64,000 bases of DNA from NCBI GenBank assembly GCA_965218585.1, contig CBDCLE010000017.1:160001-224000 (forward strand), written 5' to 3'. Positions 29,593 to 38,431 of this stretch are shown here, one piece after another. The position numbers and the translations under genes were made by a program. Origin of the DNA: Terriglobia bacterium (lineage in GTDB: Bacteria > Acidobacteriota > Terriglobia > 20CM-2-55-15). The notes under the pieces were generated by a model. It ran no database searches, was not told the DNA's origin, and saw only the letters and a list, made by a program, of their open reading frames with translations. Position 1 is the stretch's first letter, and the number at the start of each line of letters is the position of its first letter.

Positions 29593-31632
29593 ATGCATCT
29601 ATCACAACTCACTGTCAGGAATTTTCGTCAGTTCGGCGAAGGCCCCGCCGAGCTACAAATTTGTTTTCAGCCGGGTGTTACCGCTCTAGTCGGTCGTAAC
29701 GACTCCGGCAAATTCGCCGTCATTGACGCTGTCCGTTATTCACTGCTCACGCGAGATCAGGAATTCATCCGCGTCCAGCCAGAAGACTTCCATATTGATG
29801 ATGCTGGTAAACAGGCCAGTGAAATCTACATCGTCTGCAAACTTACCGGTCTCACTGACCCGGAAAAGGGCGCGTTCATTGAGTATCTCTCTTATGAGGG
29901 CAATGATGTCGTCCTCTACGTTACCTGGACGGCGCACAAGCTAAGTGAAGCGCCGGGCACACGCCGCTGGATTGATTTGTCGGTGCGTAGCGGGCTTGAC
30001 GGTGCAGGGCCGCCATTCGACATCCCGGTTCGCGAATTGCTTTCCGCCGCGTACCTTCGCCCACTACGGGACGCGGAACGCGAGATGTCTCCGGGAAGAA
30101 GCTCGCGCCTGTCTCAAATCCTTTCTAACGTCCCGGAAATCTCTAAAGGCGAAACTTTCGACGCCGCAAATGTCCCACAGGATGCGGCTGCCGTCGGGAG
30201 ACTCGGTCTTGTCGGGCTATCGGATTACATGCGCCACAACATCAAACATCACGCCGGAGTCGGGAGTGCACAGGACGCGATCAACAAGCAGTATCTGACT
30301 TCACTGTCTTTGCGCGGAGATGATCTGCAAGGCAAGATCGACGTTTCTGAGGGAGGCACGGAGAGCGCGCGACTCCGCCAGATTCTGGAGCGTCTTGAGC
30401 TTAGTCTGCTCGATGCGACAACCGCGGACCCAATGGGCCGCTACGGCCTCGGGTCAAACAATCTGCTGTTCATGGCGTGCGAGCTTCTGTTGCTTGGCAA
30501 AGAACCCGAAGGGCTTCCGTTGCTTCTAATCGAGGAACCGGAAGCTCACCTTCATCCGCAGCGCCAGCTCCGCCTGATGGAGTTTTTGCGACAGGCCGCC
30601 GAAAGGACAATTGAAGGAGCGAACCGCTCAGTTCAGATTCTGATTTCAACGCACAGCCCCAATCTCGCTTCGAAAATTCCTCTTGTGAATTTGGTTCTCT
30701 TGCAAGGGCGGCGGGCTTTCCCGCTCGCAAACGATCAAACGCTGTTGGAGACTGGAGATTACAGGTTTCTTGAACGCTTCCTCGATGTGACGAAGGCCAA
30801 TCTTTTTTTCGCGCACGGGGTACTGGTCGTCGAGGGGAATGCCGAGGCAATCCTCTTGCCAGTCCTTGCAAAGCTCATCGGTAACGATCTTACTGAACAC
30901 GGCGTATCGATTGTCAATGTAGGCGGTAAGGGATTGCGGCGCTTCAGCCGTATTTTCCAACGGAAGGAGCAAGGCGTTCCGACGATAGGCGTTCCGGTTG
31001 CGTGTCTTGCCGATATGGATGTAATGCCGGATTGCACGCCGCAAATCCTCGGTTTGGTCGAAGGCGACGACGACGCGAAATGGCAAAGCGGCAAGCGCCG
31101 ATGGAAGGCAGTTCGGGATTTCGGCGACAATGCAGAACAACGCAACAAGGCGCTGACCGAGCTGCGTGATCGATTGAAAGAGAACGACGGCCAGTCAGTT
31201 CGGACTTTTGTCGCCGATCACTGGACGCTCGAATACGATCTCGCTCGTTGTGGACTGGCCGAACAGATCTATGTCGCGGCTTGCCTGGCGAAAAACGACG
31301 ATCCGTTGAATGAGGAAAAGAAGAACCGCGGAGATGTCGTCACCGAGGCAAAGGCCGAGTTCGCGACGCTCAAGTCCGATTCGGACGATGACGACGCGGT
31401 TTTATGCTCACACATTTACCGCCTATTCTATGGCGGCGGCGCTTCCAAGGCCGTGGCTGCACAATATCTCTCCGAGCTATTGCCGCAATATTGCCAGCAC
31501 GGCGGTATTAATGCGACTGGATTCCGTAAATTGTTGCCTGCCTATCTTGTGAGTGCCATCGACTATGTGACGGCCCAGCCGCTGCATCAGGCTTCCGAAC
31601 CTACCTCGATTGACAGGGGACAAAATGTCTGA
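29593..31632 (+). CDS. OLD-family ABC-ATPase/TOPRIM nuclease (GajA-like)
   Basis: RNFR, Walker A GRNDSGKF, YLRPLRDAE, LIEEPEAHLHP, STHSP, TOPRIM VEGNAE and DMD, TLEYDL. Confidence 0.88.
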   Translation: MHLSQLTVRNFRQFGEGPAELQICFQPGVTALVGRNDSGKFAVIDAVRYSLLTRDQEFIRVQPEDFHIDDAGKQASEIYIVCKLTGLTDPEKGAFIEYLSYEGNDVVLYVTWTAHKLSEAPGTRRWIDLSVRSGLDGAGPPFDIPVRELLSAAYLRPLRDAEREMSPGRSSRLSQILSNVPEISKGETFDAANVPQDAAAVGRLGLVGLSDYMRHNIKHHAGVGSAQDAINKQYLTSLSLRGDDLQGKIDVSEGGTESARLRQILERLELSLLDATTADPMGRYGLGSNNLLFMACELLLLGKEPEGLPLLLIEEPEAHLHPQRQLRLMEFLRQAAERTIEGANRSVQILISTHSPNLASKIPLVNLVLLQGRRAFPLANDQTLLETGDYRFLERFLDVTKANLFFAHGVLVVEGNAEAILLPVLAKLIGNDLTEHGVSIVNVGGKGLRRFSRIFQRKEQGVPTIGVPVACLADMDVMPDCTPQILGLVEGDDDAKWQSGKRRWKAVRDFGDNAEQRNKALTELRDRLKENDGQSVRTFVADHWTLEYDLARCGLAEQIYVAACLAKNDDPLNEEKKNRGDVVTEAKAEFATLKSDSDDDDAVLCSHIYRLFYGGGASKAVAAQYLSELLPQYCQHGGINATGFRKLLPAYLVSAIDYVTAQPLHQASEPTSIDRGQNV

Positions 31633-33673
31633 TGCGGAATCCCTCATACCCGAAATCACCGACGATGACATTGAGTGGGTTCGCTTGCTTATGGGGCTCG
31701 ACCCTTTCGATGAGCCCCGGCGCGATTTTCTCAAACGGCGCTCGACCGTCGACCTGTCTGCTTGCCCCGGCAGCGGCAAGACGACGCTCATCGTCACCAA
31801 GCTCGCCATCCTCGCCAGAAAATGGCCACACCGAACCAAGGGACTCTGCGTCCTCTCCCATACCAATGTAGCGCGTGAGCAGATAGAGCATCGGCTCGGC
31901 CGGACAGTTGTCGGACAAAGGCTTCTCGCATATCCCCATTTCATCGACACGATACATGGCGTTGTGAACCGTTTTCTGGCCCTTCCCTGGCTTTTCTCCA
32001 ACGGCTACCCGTCCCCGACGATTGACGACGACGTGACGACCGCTTATCGACGCGGCGTGCTGGGCAGGGATTATTGGTCAGTAGAGAGCTTTCTCGCCAA
32101 GAAGTACACCGGCTTTGATAGGCTCCGCATCTTCGGACGCGATTTAAGCTTTGATCTTGGCGGGAAGCCTTTTCCGGCCAAGCCTGCTGCGCAGAGTTTC
32201 CAGCACGCCAAACGCGCGATAGAGACAGCCGCGCAGGCCGGGTACTTCTTTTACGACGAGATGTTCGTATGGGCTAACGCACTTCTTGAAGATCAAAAGC
32301 ATTTACCTGTCTGGCTCGCGCATCGCTTCCCGTTGGTCATTGTTGACGAGATGCAGGACACCTTTGAGCGCCAGGCGTCATTTTTGAACGAGGTTTTCCC
32401 TCGAAACTCGGACAGAGTCGTTGTCCAAAGAGTCGGCGATCCAAATCAGGAAATCTTCGATTTGCCGGACTCGGCCTCCAGTAGGGTGGAGCCGTACCCC
32501 GACGCCGATCCGGCGTGCTGTCTCGGGATTCCGAACAGCTACCGATTCGGCCCCGAGATCGCGGCGCGTGCTTCGCCATTTGCTGTTCACCGGGTCGGCT
32601 CCGACGGGTTGTCAGGCATCGGCCCAAAGGGACCGGGCGTTGTCGCTCAAGACTGCAAGCACGCTATATTTGTTTTCCCGGATGACAGCACCGACGGTGT
32701 CCTCGATGCTTTTGGCAAGTATGCGCTTGATGTTCTAGGTGAAGTACTCGTCACCAAAGGAACTGTTCATGCAGTCGGCCATATTCACCAGGACGATCCT
32801 GAAGTCTCGTCCGGACATGCTCACTATCCAAAGTCGGTTGGCCATTACTGGGACGGCTACGCCGTCGAGATATCCCGCAAGGACCCTAATCCCCAAACCC
32901 TTGCCCTGTACGTTCGCGCGGCGCAGGGGCTCGTCGCCCATGGGCGGGCATTGTCCCCCGGTGTCGAGAAGATTGCCTCCGGCACTCTTGAGCTCGCACG
33001 GCTGATAGGTGACATCGGCGACCTGAAGCGCAAGGCGCGTACGCACCGAGTTGTCGTGGATGCGCTTGAGGGCGCCGTCGCTTCGCTGACGACCTATCGG
33101 GGCTTTCTCAGGCGTTTTCTGGTTGAGAGAACGGCCCTTTCGGAGAACGGTTGGCCTTCACATGCGGAGGACTTAACGGCGGTGGCTGCCGCACTTTGCA
33201 GGGGTGAGACAGATACGAGCAAGGCTGAACGATTTCTGGCGTGGCCCAACGACGACCCTTCTCTCGGCGCGACGGCTTCTTCTTCATCGGGTGACGCCGG
33301 TCCAAACATCTTTCGTGTCAACGGCAGCAGCGGAACCATCGACATCCGGCTGGGATCGATCCATTCCGTGAAGGGACAGACGCATCTCGCCACGCTTCTG
33401 CTGAGCACCTACTGGCACGCGCATTCTGCGAAGGAGATGATGCCTTGGTTGCTTGGAGAAAAGTCTAATGGAAAAGGAGCTGGAACAAGGAATACTCAGC
33501 GTCTTCTGCATACTTATGTGGCGATGACTCGCCCCAGCTATTTGCTTTGCCTTGCGATTCCGCGTTTGGCGTTGGGCGGCGATCAGGCGCTTGATAACGA
33601 CATTTCGGCGCTCAAAGGAAGAGGCTGGCAAGTTGCCGAAATAGTTGATGGGGCTGCGCAATGGCGGGACTGA
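31625..33673 (+). CDS. UvrD-like SF1 helicase (GajB-like)
   Basis: ACPGSGKTT, LSHTN, VDEMQD, GDPNQ, SYRF, IHSVKG, YVAMTR; start overlaps the OLD gene stop. Confidence 0.88.
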   Translation: MSDAESLIPEITDDDIEWVRLLMGLDPFDEPRRDFLKRRSTVDLSACPGSGKTTLIVTKLAILARKWPHRTKGLCVLSHTNVAREQIEHRLGRTVVGQRLLAYPHFIDTIHGVVNRFLALPWLFSNGYPSPTIDDDVTTAYRRGVLGRDYWSVESFLAKKYTGFDRLRIFGRDLSFDLGGKPFPAKPAAQSFQHAKRAIETAAQAGYFFYDEMFVWANALLEDQKHLPVWLAHRFPLVIVDEMQDTFERQASFLNEVFPRNSDRVVVQRVGDPNQEIFDLPDSASSRVEPYPDADPACCLGIPNSYRFGPEIAARASPFAVHRVGSDGLSGIGPKGPGVVAQDCKHAIFVFPDDSTDGVLDAFGKYALDVLGEVLVTKGTVHAVGHIHQDDPEVSSGHAHYPKSVGHYWDGYAVEISRKDPNPQTLALYVRAAQGLVAHGRALSPGVEKIASGTLELARLIGDIGDLKRKARTHRVVVDALEGAVASLTTYRGFLRRFLVERTALSENGWPSHAEDLTAVAAALCRGETDTSKAERFLAWPNDDPSLGATASSSSGDAGPNIFRVNGSSGTIDIRLGSIHSVKGQTHLATLLLSTYWHAHSAKEMMPWLLGEKSNGKGAGTRNTQRLLHTYVAMTRPSYLLCLAIPRLALGGDQALDNDISALKGRGWQVAEIVDGAAQWRD

Positions 33674-34380
33674 CACGACATCCAGCGTCGCTGCGAGGCT
33701 TTGGTAGCCCGAGGAGAGCATGCGGTATTCCGCGATCACGGTCTGAAAGGCCGCGACGGTGATGCGCTTGGCGCGGTCGAACCCCCCGGCCGGACCGCAG
33801 CACGTGACAGGGATAGTCCCGGAGATGGTCGGTGTACGCGTCCTCGGCCTGGCGTGCCAGCGCGATCCGGTCGACGAGGAACAGGACGCGGGTGACGATG
33901 CCCGCCTCGAACAGCCCCTTGATGAAGGCCGTCGCCGCTCGCGTCTTGCCGGTCCCCGTCGCCATCTCTACCAGTAGTTTGCGCCGCCTGCGCGAGACTT
34001 CGGCGGACAGCGCCTCGATGCATTGGATCTGGTAGCCGCGGCCGACGATCTTCCGGTCGATAGCGACCATCGACAGGTCGCGCGGACCCGGCGCGCGGCA
34101 AGCCTCCGTTCGAGGTCATCCTGCGCATAGAAGCCCACGATCCTGCGCGCGTGGGCATCCGTCTCCCGGTCAAGGAACCGCACTTCCTCGCCGTTCGACA
34201 GGAAGACGAACGGCACGCCGAGCTGCCCGGCGTAGTGCTGCCCCTGGTCCTGCGCCGCGACGGGATCGATGCTCGCCCACTTTGCCTCCAGCACCGTCAT
34301 CGGCCGCCCCTGCTGGTCACAGAGGACGTAATAGGCCTGCGTGCTATCGGGCAGCGCGTGTTCCAACAGGACGCTTGAGC
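33612..34380 (-). pseudogene. Type I restriction endonuclease R subunit (EcoAI/EcoEI-like) N-terminal remnant, frameshifted
   Basis: YVL..VLEAK and FVFLSNGEE in one frame; YQIQCI, MATGTGKTR and VLFLVDRIALARQA in another; no hsdM/hsdS seen nearby. Confidence 0.75.
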
Positions 34381-34515
34381 CGTTACACGAGGAACGCAAA
34401 TTCCCCCCGGCGAAGCAGCAAAATCGATCCGGAACCGCCCGACCTACTGAGCGCTGGGGATCTCGCACGATGCCTTTGCAGCGGCACGTGCAGCTGAACG
34501 GTGTGGCTAAGCGCG

Positions 34516-35160
34516 TTATTCGGATTCTTTCCGTTTCTTGTTTTCCGCCTGTTGCCCGTCCCGCGCCTCTATCGCATCCATGACCACCTCGCGACAGTCC
34601 ACAAGGGCAGCGATAACGTCCGACTCGAAATTGAGTCTGTAGCCCTTGTACCGAAGGATCGACGCCCTAACGAAATCCGGTTGATTGAAAATCGTCGGTG
34701 CGTCTGCATCAAACTTTCCTCCCCCGACCTTAGCCTCGGCGCGCTCATCGATGTGTTCGAACGCATTGCGCATTTCCAGTACGGCTTCCCGTGTCTTTGT
34801 CACGCTGCCCGGCACGTGCAATTCTGGACAATATTTCTCCACGAGAACGCTCACCATCCGGTAGCATCGACCAAGAGCAACAATGGCCATCTCCGCCGCT
34901 GCGAGTGCATTGAAGTGTGCCCGTCGCTGAGGGATGCCGTCTTCCTTTCTTGCCTTGTCACGTGCTTCGATGGCCAACACCCACAACGCATGGGCAGCGT
35001 CCGTCCGCCGGGCAAGGGCGGAGAAAAAGAGGAAGAATCCCAGTTGTTCTGCCACAATCCGGTACCATGAACAGACGGTATTCGCTACGGGTCGGTACGC
35101 GCCTGGACCCTTCGTGTTGTAGTGTTCGCCGCTGCAGCATATGGGCTGTAAGTCATTCAT
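34516..35160 (-). CDS. Hypothetical protein with possible HEPN RxxxxH motif
   Basis: 214-aa, largely helical-looking ORF containing MRNAFEH; start uncertain. Confidence 0.55.
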   Translation of the reverse strand: MNDLQPICCSGEHYNTKGPGAYRPVANTVCSWYRIVAEQLGFFLFFSALARRTDAAHALWVLAIEARDKARKEDGIPQRRAHFNALAAAEMAIVALGRCYRMVSVLVEKYCPELHVPGSVTKTREAVLEMRNAFEHIDERAEAKVGGGKFDADAPTIFNQPDFVRASILRYKGYRLNFESDVIAALVDCREVVMDAIEARDGQQAENKKRKESE

Positions 35161-35576
35161 GGAAGAATATATATTGGCAATGATCCAACTCTGTTCCCCT
35201 TTTTGTATCCCTCTTTATGAATGGGAATCCATTGGACGATTTCGGACGTTTGTAGACAGGTTGCGAGCGATCAACCCTGGACTTTGCGAATCCGAGGCCG
35301 TCGAGTGGTAGCCACCTGCGCGTGCGGTGCATTCGGCGATCGCCGGCCCTGAGCTTCAGACCGCCGCGCGCAAATCTAGCTGCGTCTGAGATGGGTCGCC
35401 GAGCGTCGTAATCGCCATAGCGCAGAATCTCGTTCACGACCAGATTTGTTCCTGAGAGAAATGCTAGGGTTCCCAACTGCGCTGACGATGTCGCTTTGAA
35501 GGGGAAATTCGCCTAATCGGAACGCTTCTACAATCTCACGCGACCCCATAGCGCCTTTGCTGGACAAACTCCCTAG

Positions 35577-37177
35577 CAGCCTGTCGGACTTTTGGGGCCT
35601 GGACTGGGTGAGGGGCATGGGAAGAATAGAGGCATGAGCAAACGATTTCGAGCTGTGGATCGAGAGACGCCGTACTTATTGCCACCATCGGTCCAGGACT
35701 GGTTGCCCGAACCCCACCTGGCGCGGTTTGTCGTCGAGGTGGTCTCGAAGCTGGACTTGCATGAGTTGGAGAGGCCGTACACGGGGCGAGGTTCGAAGGC
35801 ATTCCATCCGGAGATGCTGCTGGCACTGCTGTTTTACGGATACGCGACGGGAGTGTTTGCGAGCCGGAAACTGGAACAGGCGACGTGGGATTCGCTGGCG
35901 TTCCGATATATCGCGGCGAACACGCATCCGGATCACGACACGATCGCGGCGTTTCGGAAGCGGTTCCTGAAGCAGTTGAAGCCGTTGTTCGTGCAGATTC
36001 TTCTCCTGGCGCGGACGATGGGGTTTTTGAAGCTGGGCAAGATCAGTCTGGATGGGAGCAAGGTCGAGGCGAATGCATCAAAACATAGCGCATTGAGTTG
36101 GGGGCACGCGACGGAACTGGAAGAACGATTGAAGGCGGAAGTGGCGCGGCTGATGGAGTTGGTGTCGGCGGCCGATGCGGACGTGCCCGATGGAATGGAC
36201 ATCCCGGCCGAACTGGAGCGGTGTGAGGACCGGCTCAAAGCGATCGCCGAGGCGAAAGCGAAGCTGGAAGCGCGGGCGGCCGAACGCCATGCCGCCGAGC
36301 AAGCCGAGTACGAGGCCAAGCGGTCCAAACGTGAAGCTCGGGCCAAACAGCAGGGACGGCGTCCCGGAGGGCGGGCCCCCCAACCGCCGGCACCGGGAGT
36401 GCGGAACAGCGACCAGATCAATCTTACCGATGAGGAATCGCGGATCATGCCGGCGGGAGGGAAGAGTTTCCAACAGGCCTACAATGTGCAGGCGGGCGTC
36501 GATACCAAAAGCATGCTGGTGGTCACCGAATCCGTCACCACACACACCAACGACAAACAAGAAGTCGAGCCGACACTAAAGGCGCTGGAAGAACTCCCAG
36601 GACCACTTGGACGAGCCGAGGCGATACTGGCCGATAACGGTTACTACAGCGAAGCCAACGTCCGGGCCTGCGAGACGGCGGGCGTGACGCCGTACATAGC
36701 GATGGGACGCGACCGCCATCATCTGACGGTGGAACAACGTTGGACCGAGCCCCCGCCTGGGGCGCCCGATGCGGGTCCGGTCGACGCGATGGCGCATCGG
36801 TTGTCGAGCGTCGATGGCCGGGCCATTTATGCCAAACGCAAGTCTACCGTCGAACCGGTATTTGGAATCGTCAAGTCTGTGTTGGGATTTCGGCAGTTTC
36901 ACCTCAGGGGACTCGACGGGGCATCCGGAGAATGGACGCTGGTCAGCATGGCCTGGAATCTGAAACGGCTCTTCAATCTCACTCAGCAGTCCCCTCCCAC
37001 AGCCGATCCACGCTCCAACGTCCGATCCTGGCCGGAAAGCCGCCTGGCTGGACCGCTGCACAAGCCCGTGGATCCAAAATCACAATCCCTTTCGACGCTT
37101 TTCTTGCGAATGACCTCGGCAATGTTCAATTATCGGATCGTCGATGCTCCACTGTCATTGCCAAGTCCGACAGGCTG
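35577..37177 (+). mobile_element. IS1182-family element 1
   Basis: Perfect 15-bp IRs CAGCCTGTCGGACTT / AAGTCCGACAGGCTG flanked by CTAG on both sides. Confidence 0.92.
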
Positions 37178-37181
37178 CTAG
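35634..37181 (+). CDS. IS1182-family transposase
   Basis: LLPPS..WLP..HLA, DGSKVEANAS, TDEESRIM, YNVQ, ADNGY, VEPVFG; stop is the TAG of the CTAG target. Confidence 0.9.
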   Translation: MSKRFRAVDRETPYLLPPSVQDWLPEPHLARFVVEVVSKLDLHELERPYTGRGSKAFHPEMLLALLFYGYATGVFASRKLEQATWDSLAFRYIAANTHPDHDTIAAFRKRFLKQLKPLFVQILLLARTMGFLKLGKISLDGSKVEANASKHSALSWGHATELEERLKAEVARLMELVSAADADVPDGMDIPAELERCEDRLKAIAEAKAKLEARAAERHAAEQAEYEAKRSKREARAKQQGRRPGGRAPQPPAPGVRNSDQINLTDEESRIMPAGGKSFQQAYNVQAGVDTKSMLVVTESVTTHTNDKQEVEPTLKALEELPGPLGRAEAILADNGYYSEANVRACETAGVTPYIAMGRDRHHLTVEQRWTEPPPGAPDAGPVDAMAHRLSSVDGRAIYAKRKSTVEPVFGIVKSVLGFRQFHLRGLDGASGEWTLVSMAWNLKRLFNLTQQSPPTADPRSNVRSWPESRLAGPLHKPVDPKSQSLSTLFLRMTSAMFNYRIVDAPLSLPSPTGC

Positions 37182-37329
37182 GCGGCGTCCCGACAACGCT
37201 TACAATCGGAGCACTTCTCGGCAGATCAGCTCTTGCGCTCACGCGCGGAGAGCTTGGCAGCACGGCAGACAACAAGTGTGACTGTCAACCAGCCGAGAGG
37301 TAGGGTAATGTGCTGCAATGCCTGTTGCG

Positions 37330-37950
37330 ATGAGCAGCCGTTTTGAGGACGCCCTCCTGTTCGCCGCGCAACTCCACCGAGCCCAGCGGAGGAAGGGCTC
37401 CAAAGTTCCTTATGTTTCACACCTGCTGGCCGTCGCAGCGCTAGTGATCGAACATGGCGGAGACGAGGACGAAGCCATCGCGGCACTGCCGCACGATGCC
37501 ATCGAGGACCAGGGTGGCGCGAAGACGCGGGAGGAGATTCGCCGCCGTTTCGGCGAGCGCGTGACCGGGATTGTTGAAGGCTGTACGGACTCCGAAACTA
37601 TGCCGAAGCCTCCGTGGGAAGAGAGAAAGCGGGTCTACATCGCGCGACTCAGTGAAGAGTCCGCATCGGTTCGGTTCGTCTGCGCCGCCGACAAGCTCCA
37701 CAACGCGCGCAGCATCCTAAGCGACTACCGCAACGTCGGTGAGGAAATCTGGCAACGGTTTGAGGACCGAAAGGAAGGGACGCTGTGGTACTACCGGGCG
37801 GTGCTCGATCGCCTCATCCAAGCGGACAGGATGCCGCTCGTTGACGAGTTGGACCGGGTTGTCAGCGAAGTCGAACGGCTCGCGGGACAGACCCGGCAGG
37901 AGGATCAGCAAGATCTCGACAATTCCGGCGAGGAAGATCGGCGTGGGTAA
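37330..37950 (+). CDS. HD-domain protein, RelA/SpoT hydrolase-like (Mesh1/SAH type)
   Basis: HRAQRRK..PYVSH, HDAIED, CTD, ADKLHN. Confidence 0.85.
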   Translation: MSSRFEDALLFAAQLHRAQRRKGSKVPYVSHLLAVAALVIEHGGDEDEAIAALPHDAIEDQGGAKTREEIRRRFGERVTGIVEGCTDSETMPKPPWEERKRVYIARLSEESASVRFVCAADKLHNARSILSDYRNVGEEIWQRFEDRKEGTLWYYRAVLDRLIQADRMPLVDELDRVVSEVERLAGQTRQEDQQDLDNSGEEDRRG

Positions 37951-38431
37951 GAATTCACCGGAAGAGGCCAAGAGGACAAAGGAGGTTCGAGCTGACTAAG
38001 AGTGCGGCGGGATTCAAGTTTGGCGCCGTTCCGCATGTAAGTTCAGACCTTATCCACCTCGGCCGTAGGAATCCGGACCTCGGCGAACGCATTCGGCGTA
38101 GAGGGCTGCGTCTGCTCTTTCAAGGTAGAGAACGACCAAGGTATCGATTGCTAGTGAATGGGAGCACGCCGTCATGATGAGCTTTTTCTGGAGCTGATGG
38201 GATTCCTGGCCTGGACAACAGTCTCTCTGCGGACAAGGAGATTTCTACCATCGCAACATTCGTTGGTAGCGTAGTGTGGATCCGCCGGGGTCGCTTGCGG
38301 CGGGAGGATCTCATGAAAACGAACCGATCTCAGGAATGCGAACGCGACTGGCTATAAATTGTTGGATCGGAACATGATGTAGAATCCGTCGCAGCCGATT
38401 GAGCGCTTGTCGCCAGCGGCGTATTTCGCAC

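Noticed and set aside
35153-35570. Small ORFs between the HEPN candidate and IS1182
   Set aside because: No recognisable motifs, RBS or consistent frame
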